Source: Terracidiphilus sp. (GTDB lineage: Bacteria; Acidobacteriota; Terriglobia; Terriglobales; Acidobacteriaceae). Taken from it: a DNA stretch of 64,000 bases. A model generated the notes under the pieces. It was given only the letters and a program-made list of their open reading frames with translations, was not told the origin of the DNA and ran no database searches. This document shows, one piece after another, positions 40,501 to 49,148 of the stretch (positions are counted from its first letter, which is position 1; every line of letters starts with the position of its first letter). Where the stretch lies: assembly GCA_049508975.1 (NCBI GenBank), contig JBELAI010000002.1, forward strand, positions 29,594 to 93,593, in the 5' to 3' direction. The translations under genes were made by a program, and so were the position numbers.

Positions 40501-40937
40501 GAGAATATGCTGAATCGGAGGCACTTCTTGTGTCGGTCCTGGATGCGCGGCGCCGCGTTCTCGGCCCCGAAAATCCTGATACGCTCGACGATATGATTTC
40601 GCTTGCCGAAGTGCGGATCGAGCTGAAGAAGTACGCCGATGCCGAACCGCTGCTGCGCGAGGCTCTTTCCGGCTATCAGAAGACTGCTTCCCGCACATGG
40701 CCACTCTACCGCAGTCAGAGCTTGTTGGGGTCCAGCCTGGCTGCGCAGGGCAGGTTCGCCGAGGCGGAGCCGCTCCTGGTCGACGGTTACAACGGTATGA
40801 CCGGACAGACGGAGCAAATTCCATTCGAGTTTCGCTCAACAATCGACCGGACTCTGCAGCAGATTGTCCAAATGTATGAACGCTGGGAGAAACCGGAAAA
40901 GGCGGCCGCCTGGCGCAGAAAGCGACTGGGAATCTGA
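37587..40937 (+). CDS. Membrane Ser/Thr protein kinase with ~12 extracytoplasmic 42-aa TPR repeats
   Basis: GEGGMG, VALK, HRDLKPGN, DFG, YMSPE; one TM helix; repeats LG.EH.DTL.SM.NLA.LY...GKY..AEPL; overlaps ECF stop. Confidence 0.94.
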   Translation: MDTERWQRIESVYHDALDQEPSRRAAYVKQACGGDEALQQEVLSLLAESDDAEGFLEEPAMKVAARVLAAAGATSGHAAASGPHSDFIGRYRLIRLLGEGGMGRVYEAEQDQPRRIVALKVIRPGLTTPEGLRRFRRESQALGRLQHPGIAQIYEANTADTGFGPQPYFAMELVRGPSLDEYAETHPMNTRQKLTLMGRICEAVQHAHERGLIHRDLKPGNILIDETGQPKVLDFGVARVTESEGQPTLQTEMGQIVGTLAYMSPEQVLGDSQNIDARSDVYSLGVILYELLSGRPPYNVRGRQVHEVVQTIRQDDPTALSSVSRNYRGDIETIVGKALEKDRTRRYGSAAALAADIQRYLSDEPILARPPSAGYQLQKFARRHRGLVGGAAAVFVVLVAGIAVSTALAIRAHRAEKAAIESRDRAVEAEQQTRTERDRATAAEQMATRQRDLAVAAQKEAVSQQKRALEEKARADDQAATAKAESNFLENDLLGQAGTRAQTRSGVKPDPDLKVRTALDRAAAHIEGKFDKRPLVEASLQLSIGKAYRDLGVYPEAQRHIERAIELRRRAQGEENQDTLTSVRDLASLYASQGKYPQSTALYSHVLDGQRRVLGNDHHDTVETIFELATVYDSTGDSAKAEPLLKQALEMQTRVLGKENIDTLETADRLATLYVNRHEYGKAEPILTETLEAQRRILGEEHPDTLLSMQNLASLYWNENKYAQAEPLLTKALELQRRELGDENRETLYGMNMLAYLYELEGKFGECEALYARALEVERRTLGEEHGDTLATMQNLGDVYHEDGKYKEAEPLTLKTLEIRRRLRGDEARDTLSSMNNLGDLYFSEGKYSQAEPLYTKVLEVRRRTLGEKDDHTLNSMNNLSELYKVRGKFAEAEPLLTKALETRRGLLGDEHPDTLESMRALGGLYRLEGRYAEAETLLNKALETRRRVQGAEHPETLGTLDDLAALRESEGEYAESEALLVSVLDARRRVLGPENPDTLDDMISLAEVRIELKKYADAEPLLREALSGYQKTASRTWPLYRSQSLLGSSLAAQGRFAEAEPLLVDGYNGMTGQTEQIPFEFRSTIDRTLQQIVQMYERWEKPEKAAAWRRKRLGI

Positions 40938-41096
40938 GCCGCGCGCACGCCTTCAATCCTTCGGCAGCCTGACAGCGCCGATGCCCGGATAGGCTTCAGG
41001 GAACATCCATCCCATCATCCTTTGCGTTATGCAACTTCCAGTTGCACAGGATGCGCGGCGGGCTCAGGTCGGTTGGTGTTTCTCATTCGAGGGGTG

Positions 41097-41132
41097 AAAA
41101 AAAGCTCTCTCCCCGGTGACCGGAGAGAGAGC
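41097..41132 (-). terminator. Rho-independent terminator
   Basis: Minus strand GCTCTCTCTCCGG-TCA-CCGGGGAGAGAGC followed by T7, ~20 nt after the stop at 41154. Confidence 0.85.
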
Positions 41133-41153
41133 CCTTTACAGCCAGAACGCGAT

Positions 41154-44100
41154 TTAGTCGTCGTCGCCGGCCTTTGCAGGTGCAGCCTTTTTGAAATCGC
41201 TGGCTGGACGAACCTTCTTCTCGCCGGGGAAGGGCTTTATGAAGTTGGTGGATTCGTACCAGATCAGGTGGTTGACGGTGTCGGGATCTTCGGAGTCGGG
41301 TTTTTGATATTTGCCGGCGAAGAGCTCAGTCTTCTTCTTCATCCAGCCCGCCCGCAGAGCCTTAACCGCAGAGCTTTCGACTGCGAGGGTGGCAGGCGGC
41401 TTGATCATATGAGTCGTGAGCGGTGGCGGAATGTGCTGAGTCGGTGTCTGGGTGACGCCGGTATTCAGCGCGATCCCGTTCGACACGTGCGTCCACGGCT
41501 TGAAGTTCTCCGCGGGTGGGTCGTCGATGAAGGCGGTCCGCATCGGCGAGGCCACCAGGTCGTTCTGGTTCATGGGGGGCATACCGAGAATCTGCTCGAT
41601 TGTGCGGGTCATGTTGACTTGGGTGTAGAAGGTGCTGTCAGTGATTCCGCCTTGCAGGACGTATGGGCTGATGATGTAGCCGGGGCTGCGGTGACCGTCG
41701 ACGTGATCGACGCCGGTCTGCGCGTCGTCTTCGGTGACGAAGATCGCCGAAGTTGCCCAAATGGAACTGTGGCTGATGGCGTCGACGAAGCGGCCAAGGG
41801 CCAGGTCGTTATCGGCCTGCATGGCCTGTGCGGTCGGTGGGCCACCGGTATGATCAGAGCTGATCCACATCATCTCCAACTGCGGCACGTTACCGGTCTT
41901 GACGTCTTCCTGGAAATCCTGATTCCAGATGTCAAAGCGGAATTGGTCAGGGATGCCCAGATCGAACTGCGGATAGTTCTGGACCGTGTTGTTGATCAGG
42001 TTCGGGAGCGGGGATTCCGAGCCGACCGTGTTGTAGTTGTACAGCTGTTTCTCAGCGCCAGACTCGTACGCCAGTATGTCGTTGTAGAAGTCGATCCAGA
42101 GCGGCTCGCAGCTGTCCGATACGATAAACGGTAATGGAGTGGAAGGCGCACCAGGATAAATGTTGCTCGGTTTGCAGCCCTGCGGCGGGTTGAACGTGTT
42201 GTATTCGATGTACTCGCCGTAGTTCTTGAACGAGACGCCGGCTCTTTCAGCCACGTCCCACAGGTGGCCCTTCTTCTGGTAGGCAATTGAATCGCCGCCG
42301 TTGGAGGGATAGTCGCGGAGCCAGTCGGGCGACTGGACGTCGTCGGAGTAAGGCGCCATGGCCTGCGTGATCCAGTTATGACCGTCGGCCGACTGCCGGC
42401 TCGGGTTGTAGTAGTTGTCGAACAGCGGGAAGCGCTTTACCAGTTCGTGCGCGTTGGGCGTTACAACGCCGAAGGTTGCGCTGTCGCCGAAGGTTGCCAG
42501 GGAGGGGTCGCCATTGCCGGCGGCCACATCGCCCAGGATCTGGTCGTAGGTACGGTTTTCACGAATGATCAGGAAGACGTGCTGGATTTTCGACGGATCG
42601 CCGATCCTGTTCGGAATCGCATGCGGCTTGGCAGTGGGTTTGCCGCCTGCGGCCGAGAAGATATTCTCCTCCAGATCCCAGTGGTTGTTCGTGAAGACCT
42701 GGTCCGTCCACGCCCCCAAGGCAGAGGCGCTCGGCACGGGGACGATGCTTACGGTGCCAAGGTCCTGGTGGGTGTTGAGGCCCTGCGGTGAGCCAAATTC
42801 GGATGCGGTCGAATTTGCTGTCAGCGGCGCGAGGGGCACGGTTCCCGCGAAGGGATTCGGGTTGCCCGTGGTTCCCCAGCCCTTGTCGTTGGCAACCAGC
42901 AGGGCCTTATCCGCCGCGTCCAGAACAACCGAAGACGGCGCATAACCCACCGGGATCATGCCCAGGACGGGATTGGAACCCAAGCTATTGAGGTCGACCA
43001 CGGCGATCGCGTTGGCGTTGTAAAGCGCGACGTAGGCAACGTTGTTCTTGGAATCGACGGAGATCGAGTTGGGACCCGCGCCGTAAGCCGGATGGGTATC
43101 CCCGGGCACACCGATTGGGAGCCCAAGGCTGATCGTGCGCTCCACCGTGTTGGATGAGGTGTCGATAACGGAGATGCTGTCGCTATAGGCGTTGGCGACC
43201 AACAGCCAGTTACCCCAGAACGCCATGCCGGTCGGGTGCAGGCCGGTCGCGATGCTGCCGGTGACCTTAAACGATGCCAGGTCAACCACGGAAACGGTGC
43301 CGCCTTCCGTCGAGCCGGTAGGATAGTGGGCGACGACCGGGGTGCCGTTGGAATATTCCTGGAAGTCCGATTCGGTAGCGATCCTGCCGGCTTCGTTGGA
43401 GACATATGCTGTTTTGCCGTCGGGTGCGATCACGACGCTGTGCGGGACGTTCCCGACGCGGACCTCCGGGCCCTGGACCGGGGCTTTCGCGGTCAGGTCG
43501 ATCTTGGTCAGCGTGTTGTTGTTGTTCAGCACGACGTATGCGGACTTGTTATCCGAGGAGACCGCGATGCCAGTCGGATACGACGTCAACACACCATTGG
43601 AGATGACCGAAACGGTTTGGCCGCAGGGAATAAGAAAGCTACCCGTGGTTCCCCCAGGGCTGTTCGGGAAGCAATCGACGGTAGTCAGATTGTAGGTGGC
43701 GTTGACATCCATCGAAACGCTGACGTGGGCGTAGTCTGAGAGCATGCCCGACGCACTGACGCTGGCAATGCCGACGAAGCCACCATTTTTGAAGCTGCCA
43801 TAGAAGGAATTGCCGTCCTGGCTGAACAGCAGGTACTTGCCGTCCGGTGTATAGGTGATACCGAGGTTGCTGCCGTCAGGATCGCTGCCCCCGATGGCCG
43901 GTGCGTAAGACTGCAGAATGGCGCCGGTTTGGGTGTTGAATACCTCGACTGCCCTATTCGACGTGCCCATGACGAGGACTGCCGCGGTGTGATTGCCAGT
44001 GGGATTCAGCGCGATGGCCTTAGCGCGGACCTTGGTGCCCAGGTTGAGCTGGATGCCGGCGGGGGTGATGATCGTGCCGTCGCTGACAATGAAAGTGCCG

Positions 44101-44243
44101 TTCGTCTGGGGACCGGGGGCGTAGGTCGGGAACGGTACGGACTGACCCATGAGCGCCGGAATGCTCAGCCCTGTCGCCAGCAAGCCGGCGAGCAGGTGCA
44201 GCGGGCTAATCCCAAAATGTTTGTGAGAAGTTTTCGTGGACAT
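41154..44243 (-). CDS. Secreted YncE/YVTN beta-propeller plus alkaline-phosphatase-superfamily phosphoesterase
   Basis: YVTN-like blades (AYVSNE, VSVVDL, ISVIDT); IQHVFLIIRENRTYDQILGD, SADGHNW, DHT, EDDAQTGVDHVDGHRS. Confidence 0.88.
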   Translation of the reverse strand: MSTKTSHKHFGISPLHLLAGLLATGLSIPALMGQSVPFPTYAPGPQTNGTFIVSDGTIITPAGIQLNLGTKVRAKAIALNPTGNHTAAVLVMGTSNRAVEVFNTQTGAILQSYAPAIGGSDPDGSNLGITYTPDGKYLLFSQDGNSFYGSFKNGGFVGIASVSASGMLSDYAHVSVSMDVNATYNLTTVDCFPNSPGGTTGSFLIPCGQTVSVISNGVLTSYPTGIAVSSDNKSAYVVLNNNNTLTKIDLTAKAPVQGPEVRVGNVPHSVVIAPDGKTAYVSNEAGRIATESDFQEYSNGTPVVAHYPTGSTEGGTVSVVDLASFKVTGSIATGLHPTGMAFWGNWLLVANAYSDSISVIDTSSNTVERTISLGLPIGVPGDTHPAYGAGPNSISVDSKNNVAYVALYNANAIAVVDLNSLGSNPVLGMIPVGYAPSSVVLDAADKALLVANDKGWGTTGNPNPFAGTVPLAPLTANSTASEFGSPQGLNTHQDLGTVSIVPVPSASALGAWTDQVFTNNHWDLEENIFSAAGGKPTAKPHAIPNRIGDPSKIQHVFLIIRENRTYDQILGDVAAGNGDPSLATFGDSATFGVVTPNAHELVKRFPLFDNYYNPSRQSADGHNWITQAMAPYSDDVQSPDWLRDYPSNGGDSIAYQKKGHLWDVAERAGVSFKNYGEYIEYNTFNPPQGCKPSNIYPGAPSTPLPFIVSDSCEPLWIDFYNDILAYESGAEKQLYNYNTVGSESPLPNLINNTVQNYPQFDLGIPDQFRFDIWNQDFQEDVKTGNVPQLEMMWISSDHTGGPPTAQAMQADNDLALGRFVDAISHSSIWATSAIFVTEDDAQTGVDHVDGHRSPGYIISPYVLQGGITDSTFYTQVNMTRTIEQILGMPPMNQNDLVASPMRTAFIDDPPAENFKPWTHVSNGIALNTGVTQTPTQHIPPPLTTHMIKPPATLAVESSAVKALRAGWMKKKTELFAGKYQKPDSEDPDTVNHLIWYESTNFIKPFPGEKKVRPASDFKKAAPAKAGDDD

Positions 44244-44427
44244 GAATCATTCTCCCTTTTCGGTTTTTTCAATGGGTGACCCAGGATCGGCCATGCAGCT
44301 TGAGGTCGCTTCAGCTTGTCCTTCGAAATGCTGGCATGTTGAGCCCGGGAAATAGACGTGAAACAGGCGGATTCTCTCTCTTCGAATGCAAGACATGGCG
44401 CAGCTGCGGAGCTGTACCAACGGCCCA

Positions 44428-44483
44428 AGTCTAGAACCGCAAAAGGACGCCAACATGACAAGAGGATGACAGTTTTGTAATCT
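44428..44483 (-). promoter_or_regulatory. OmpR-family activated promoter: CusR-type box plus 11-bp TGTCA repeats and -10
   Basis: Minus strand ATTACA-AAAC-TGTCAT-CCTCT-TGTCAT-GTTG-GCGTCCT-N10-TAGACT. Confidence 0.65.
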
Positions 44484-44656
44484 CGTTACGATGGTGTGAA
44501 TGCGCTTCGTGGCCGTCGCTCCCAGGATTTGTATTTTCCCGGTGAAGTGCAACATATTCGTCTCTGGGCCTTCGCCGCGTCGACAAAAAGCCGATCTCGC
44601 GGAAGTCGATTTTTGATCGAACCTTAACAAGCGCGTCATCTGCGAATAACAAGACC

Positions 44657-44676
44657 GGATTACAAATTTGTCATCC
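44657..44676 (+). promoter_or_regulatory. CusR/CopR-type palindromic box
   Basis: GGATTACAAATTTGTCATCC, near-perfect palindrome matching the ATGACA-N4-TGTMAT copper box. Confidence 0.7.
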
Positions 44677-45174
44677 AACTCGATGCGTCCGGTTGGCGAT
44701 CTTGCTGGCACGTGGACGGCACAGAGCACCATCAGGCACGCGGCAATGTTCGAAACCCAGCTATGGGAGGAGCCATTTCGGTTCTCCGCCCGCACACGGA
44801 AACGAGGATCTGTGCATCCAACATTGACAAGTTGAACCTCCGGATTGCGATTTCATGTGCGCAACGAGCGGCGCCGTGACGCGGGCTCCTTCTATTTGCT
44901 CGGAAGACCGAGAGAACGCTGGCCGAGGAATCTCCGCCGAACGATGGGTGCCGATCGCTTATGAAACGTGAGCATCCTGCGCGGCTGATTTGGGGTTTTA
45001 ATCCGGCGTAGTGCGGGCTGAGTCAGTCGAGCAATGCATGGAAACCATATGAGATTCCTTCACGAAAATCCGAGGTGGTCTATGGGTCGAAAGGCGAAGC
45101 CGGTTCATCAACTCCGTATCGGATCGAACTGGCGGCAATCGCTATTTGGGATCGGCTTGAGAACAAAATCGGTC

Positions 45175-48100
45175 ATGCGGAGCGGCAAGAGATTGTGCTT
45201 TGTGGCTTATCGCGTGGCAGTTTTCCCAATTCTGATCCTTTTAGCGAACTGCGTGTTGCTGACCGCGCAGAATGTGGTGTTGACGGGTTCACTCAGCGGA
45301 CGAGTTACCGACCCTGACGGAGCGGTGGTACCCGGAGTTTCGGTGGTTGTCCGGAATCTCGCCAACGGCGTAGAACAATCTCCCGTGACTAACCGCGTGG
45401 GTCTATACCGATTGCCGGTGCTCACGCCCGGAACCTATTCGGTCCGGGCCCACCGGATGGGCTTTCGCGATACGGAAGCATTGGTGCAAGTGCTGGTCGG
45501 CAGCACCACCTCCCAGGACTTTCACTTGCAGGTCGGAGCGGCCAATCTCGATACGGTGATGGTCACGGGCCAGGGCTCGCTGCTGAGGCCGACCGAATCG
45601 TCCGCCAGCACGGTGCTGGACCGCTCAATGATTGCGGATTTGCCGACCAATGGGCGCAAATACACCGACTTCGCCGTACTCACTCCGAATACAAGCTATG
45701 ACGGCGACACTGGCCTGGTCAGCGTTGCCGGGCAGCAGGGCGGAGAAGACTCGGGTTATGCCAATGGAAATGGCTCCAGCGTGTTTACGGTAGACGGCAC
45801 CAACGCTACCAATAACTATTTCGCGGACATCATCGGCCGCTACCGGATCCCGTATCTTTATGGCGAGGATTCCATTCAGGAATTCCAGGTCGCGGTGAGC
45901 CCGTACTCGGCCGTGTACGGAGGCGGAGCCGGCTTTGTAAATGCGGTGACCCGTTCGGGAGGCAACGTCTTTCACGGCAGCGCCTTTTACTACAACCGCA
46001 ACTCGGCGACCGGCGCCAACGACGCGCTCGATAAAGGGGCGGGGATTCCCAAGCAGCTGGATAGCTTGCAGCAATTCGGGGCCGGAGTTGGCGGGCCGCT
46101 CCGGCGCAATCGGCTCTGGTTCTTCTTCGACTACGAACAGCAACGGCGCAACGATCCCATCTCGGTGATCAATCCTGCGCTGCAAACCAACTCAGGGAAT
46201 TTGCCCGGCTTTCTCTATACGCAGTTCGGCATTCCGCTGGGCACACCGTTGCCTTCGCCTAACGGCCCCTTGCCTGTGCCTGGCGCCGACAACGATCAAA
46301 CTGTCAACCCAACCGATCCGGTCTACCTGCAGCAGGTCGCGAATGTGGTCAACGCGCTGAACTCCAACCTCGGCACGAAGCCGCGCCAGCGCAATGACCT
46401 TGTTTTTACGCCGCGGCTCGATTTTCAGCCCGTCTCCCGCGACAGTATCTTTCTCAGCGGAAACTGGAATCTGTTCAATTCGCCGGGCGGGGAAAACACG
46501 GACCCTACGGTTGGCAACTACGGCACTTCAGTCCTCGCCAACGACAAAGTGCATACCGTCGTTGTCAACCTGGGATGGACGCATACGTTCTCCTCGCATG
46601 TGCTCAACGAGTTTCATGCCGGCGCCTCGCAGGATAACGAGATTGCCACACCGAGTGGCCTGGCGCCGAACCAGCCGACGATTATCCTGGATAGTCCCTC
46701 GGCATTCACTCTGGGCAACGCGGCATTCTCCATTGGAAGAGTTTTCGAAAGGCAATACTCGGCGGCCGACCGCGTTGACCTGGTGTTGGGAAAACACACG
46801 TTGCAGCTTGGTTTTGACTTCAGCTACGCCCGGGATTCAGACACCGACGACGGCGGCGCAGACCCCAACGCCGCTGTGGACTTCGGTTCCCCGCTCGCCA
46901 GCTACGAGTTTCCCAGCCTGGAGGCCTTCGCTCTTGGGGAGTACAACAACTTCAGCCAAGCGTCCGGAAACCCGACATTCTCTTTTTCAGTTCCGTACTA
47001 CGGCTTCTATGCGCAGGACTCATACCGGGCATGGAGCAACCTGACCCTGGAACTGGGCTTGCGCGAGGACTTCCAGATCTATCCGCAGCCCGCAGCGAAT
47101 CCAGCCTTCCCGTTGACGGGACAATACCCGAACCAGTATCTGCGCGTAGCGCCGCGCGTTGGCTTTGCCTGGCAGCCGCGACCGAGGACAGTGGTTCGCG
47201 GAGGATTCGGCGAGTTCTTCACCAACATGAACGGGTTGAACTACCGCAACGCGGTGGTCTCGAACGGGCTTCCGTCGCAACAGTCCGAGGTGAGTGCAAG
47301 CTATAACGGCGGGCAGCCAAACCTGCAGGATCCGACCTTCCCAACAGCTCTTCCCGGCAGTTCCCCGCTCTTCCAGGCATCTCAACAGGACATTTCACTG
47401 GTTGCATCCAACTTCAAGGCTCCCAGTATCCTGCAGGCCAGCTTGCAGATCCAGCAGGAGCTCTTCGAGAATACGACTCTGACGATCGGCACCATGTGGA
47501 ACCACGGCGTTCACATGCTTTCGGGCAGTGCATACGACCTGAACCTGGAACCACTGCAAGGCACGACCACCTACATCGTGTGCTCACCGGACGCATTGAC
47601 AGCGCCGTGCAACGGACCCTCCATCGTTCTGCCCAACATGGACAGCGGCCTGCTCACGGAGGGCCTCGTCAATCCCAACCTGGGGCAGATCAACGAGCTC
47701 ATCAGTCCCGGGCAGAATCACTACAACTCGCTCTTTGCACAGCTGCAGCGCCGCATGACGCACGGCGTGGCACTTGAGGCTTCTTACACTTGGGCCAAGA
47801 GCATGATGCTTCAAGGAATGGACTTCAACAATCAGTTCGACTTCAGCAATACCCATGCGCCTTCGTTGCTCGACCAGCGGCACAAGCTCTCGGTTGCCGC
47901 TGTCTATCAGCCGCACCTGGAAAACCTCACCACCTCGTATGCGGGACGCGCACTGATCAAGGATTGGAAGTTTAGCTCGGCTATGGAATTTTCATCCGGG
48001 CGCCCTTTCGCAAGTCTCCTCGGCCCCTCCGCGAACGGCAACAATTTGAATGACACCGCCATCAACGAAGATACCGCGAACACGGCCGCGGGAATCAACG

Positions 48101-48462
48101 GTGCAGGGCCGACGCCGGGCATTGGCCTCAACTCCTTCTACGGTCCATGGCTGGAGAGGGTCGATGCCGGTCTGGCGCGCAGCTTTGTCATCGGCGAGGG
48201 CAAGGCAGTACAGTTCCAGGCCGAGGCATTCAACGTTGCCAACCATGCTAACTACTTCGTGCAGAACGGCGGCGGGATCGTCCAAACGCAGTACAACCCC
48301 ATGGGCTACCCTGGCAACGATAATTGCGGAGATGGCCAGACGCCGAACCAGACCTGCTTCCTAATCCCCAACTCTGGTCCGGGAAATTTTGGCACTTTGC
48401 AGGAAATTAGTCCCAATGGACTTCCCAGGGTCTTTCAATTCTCCGCCAGATTTACCTTTTAG
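45175..48462 (+). CDS. TonB-dependent receptor (Oar-like)
   Basis: GRVTDPDGAVVPG, LPTNGR, VTRSG-FHGSAFYY, QFGAGVGGP, PRVFQFSARFTF. Start uncertain (ORF open from 45034). Confidence 0.92.
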   Translation: MRSGKRLCFVAYRVAVFPILILLANCVLLTAQNVVLTGSLSGRVTDPDGAVVPGVSVVVRNLANGVEQSPVTNRVGLYRLPVLTPGTYSVRAHRMGFRDTEALVQVLVGSTTSQDFHLQVGAANLDTVMVTGQGSLLRPTESSASTVLDRSMIADLPTNGRKYTDFAVLTPNTSYDGDTGLVSVAGQQGGEDSGYANGNGSSVFTVDGTNATNNYFADIIGRYRIPYLYGEDSIQEFQVAVSPYSAVYGGGAGFVNAVTRSGGNVFHGSAFYYNRNSATGANDALDKGAGIPKQLDSLQQFGAGVGGPLRRNRLWFFFDYEQQRRNDPISVINPALQTNSGNLPGFLYTQFGIPLGTPLPSPNGPLPVPGADNDQTVNPTDPVYLQQVANVVNALNSNLGTKPRQRNDLVFTPRLDFQPVSRDSIFLSGNWNLFNSPGGENTDPTVGNYGTSVLANDKVHTVVVNLGWTHTFSSHVLNEFHAGASQDNEIATPSGLAPNQPTIILDSPSAFTLGNAAFSIGRVFERQYSAADRVDLVLGKHTLQLGFDFSYARDSDTDDGGADPNAAVDFGSPLASYEFPSLEAFALGEYNNFSQASGNPTFSFSVPYYGFYAQDSYRAWSNLTLELGLREDFQIYPQPAANPAFPLTGQYPNQYLRVAPRVGFAWQPRPRTVVRGGFGEFFTNMNGLNYRNAVVSNGLPSQQSEVSASYNGGQPNLQDPTFPTALPGSSPLFQASQQDISLVASNFKAPSILQASLQIQQELFENTTLTIGTMWNHGVHMLSGSAYDLNLEPLQGTTTYIVCSPDALTAPCNGPSIVLPNMDSGLLTEGLVNPNLGQINELISPGQNHYNSLFAQLQRRMTHGVALEASYTWAKSMMLQGMDFNNQFDFSNTHAPSLLDQRHKLSVAAVYQPHLENLTTSYAGRALIKDWKFSSAMEFSSGRPFASLLGPSANGNNLNDTAINEDTANTAAGINGAGPTPGIGLNSFYGPWLERVDAGLARSFVIGEGKAVQFQAEAFNVANHANYFVQNGGGIVQTQYNPMGYPGNDNCGDGQTPNQTCFLIPNSGPGNFGTLQEISPNGLPRVFQFSARFTF

Positions 48463-48473
48463 GCTGACAAATC

Positions 48474-49148
48474 ATGAAAATCCTCGTTATCGAAGACGAA
48501 GTGAAGACAGCCAAGTTCCTCAAAAAGGGACTGGGCGAAGCCGGTTACGTCGTCGACGTAGCTGCCGACGGTCTGGAAGGCCTCCACATGGCGCAGGAAG
48601 TCGATTTCGACCTCATCGTTCTGGACGTGATGCTTCCGGTGCTGGACGGATGGGAGGTTCTAAAGCGGTTGCGCGAGGCGAGCGGGAAAGCGCTGGTTCT
48701 GATGCTCACAGCGAGAGATGCAGTGCATGAACGCGTCCGCGGATTCGAGTTGGGCGCCGACGACTACCTTGTGAAGCCGTTCGCGTTCTCCGAACTCCTG
48801 GCCCGTGTGCGCTCCTTGCTGCGCCGTTCAACGCCTCGCCCGCAGGAGAGCCTGCGCATGGCCGACCTGGAGATCGATCTGATGCGCCACCGCGCGACGC
48901 GCGCCGGCCAAAGGCTCGACCTGACTTCGAAGGAGTTCCTGTTGCTGACCTTGCTGGCGCGGCGCGCCGGCGAAGTGCTCTCGCGCACCCAGATCGCCGA
49001 GTCGGTCTGGGATATGAACTTCGACAGCGACACCAACGTTGTGGACGTCAACGTGCGAAGGTTGCGCAGCAAGGTGGACGATCCATTCGCGGAGAAGCTG
49101 ATTCACACGGTTCGCGGCGCTGGCTATGTTCTTGAAGCCGAAACATAG
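48474..49148 (+). CDS. Heavy-metal response regulator (CusR/CzcR/CopR, OmpR family)
   Basis: [60 protein letters not shown]. Confidence 0.92.
   Translation: MKILVIEDEVKTAKFLKKGLGEAGYVVDVAADGLEGLHMAQEVDFDLIVLDVMLPVLDGWEVLKRLREASGKALVLMLTARDAVHERVRGFELGADDYLVKPFAFSELLARVRSLLRRSTPRPQESLRMADLEIDLMRHRATRAGQRLDLTSKEFLLLTLLARRAGEVLSRTQIAESVWDMNFDSDTNVVDVNVRRLRSKVDDPFAEKLIHTVRGAGYVLEAET

Noticed and set aside
39200-40700. 126-bp periodicity
   Set aside because: Explained by the 42-aa TPR repeats of the kinase.
44247-44795. 182-aa minus ORF upstream of the phosphoesterase
   Set aside because: No motifs or RBS, and it runs through both regulator boxes.
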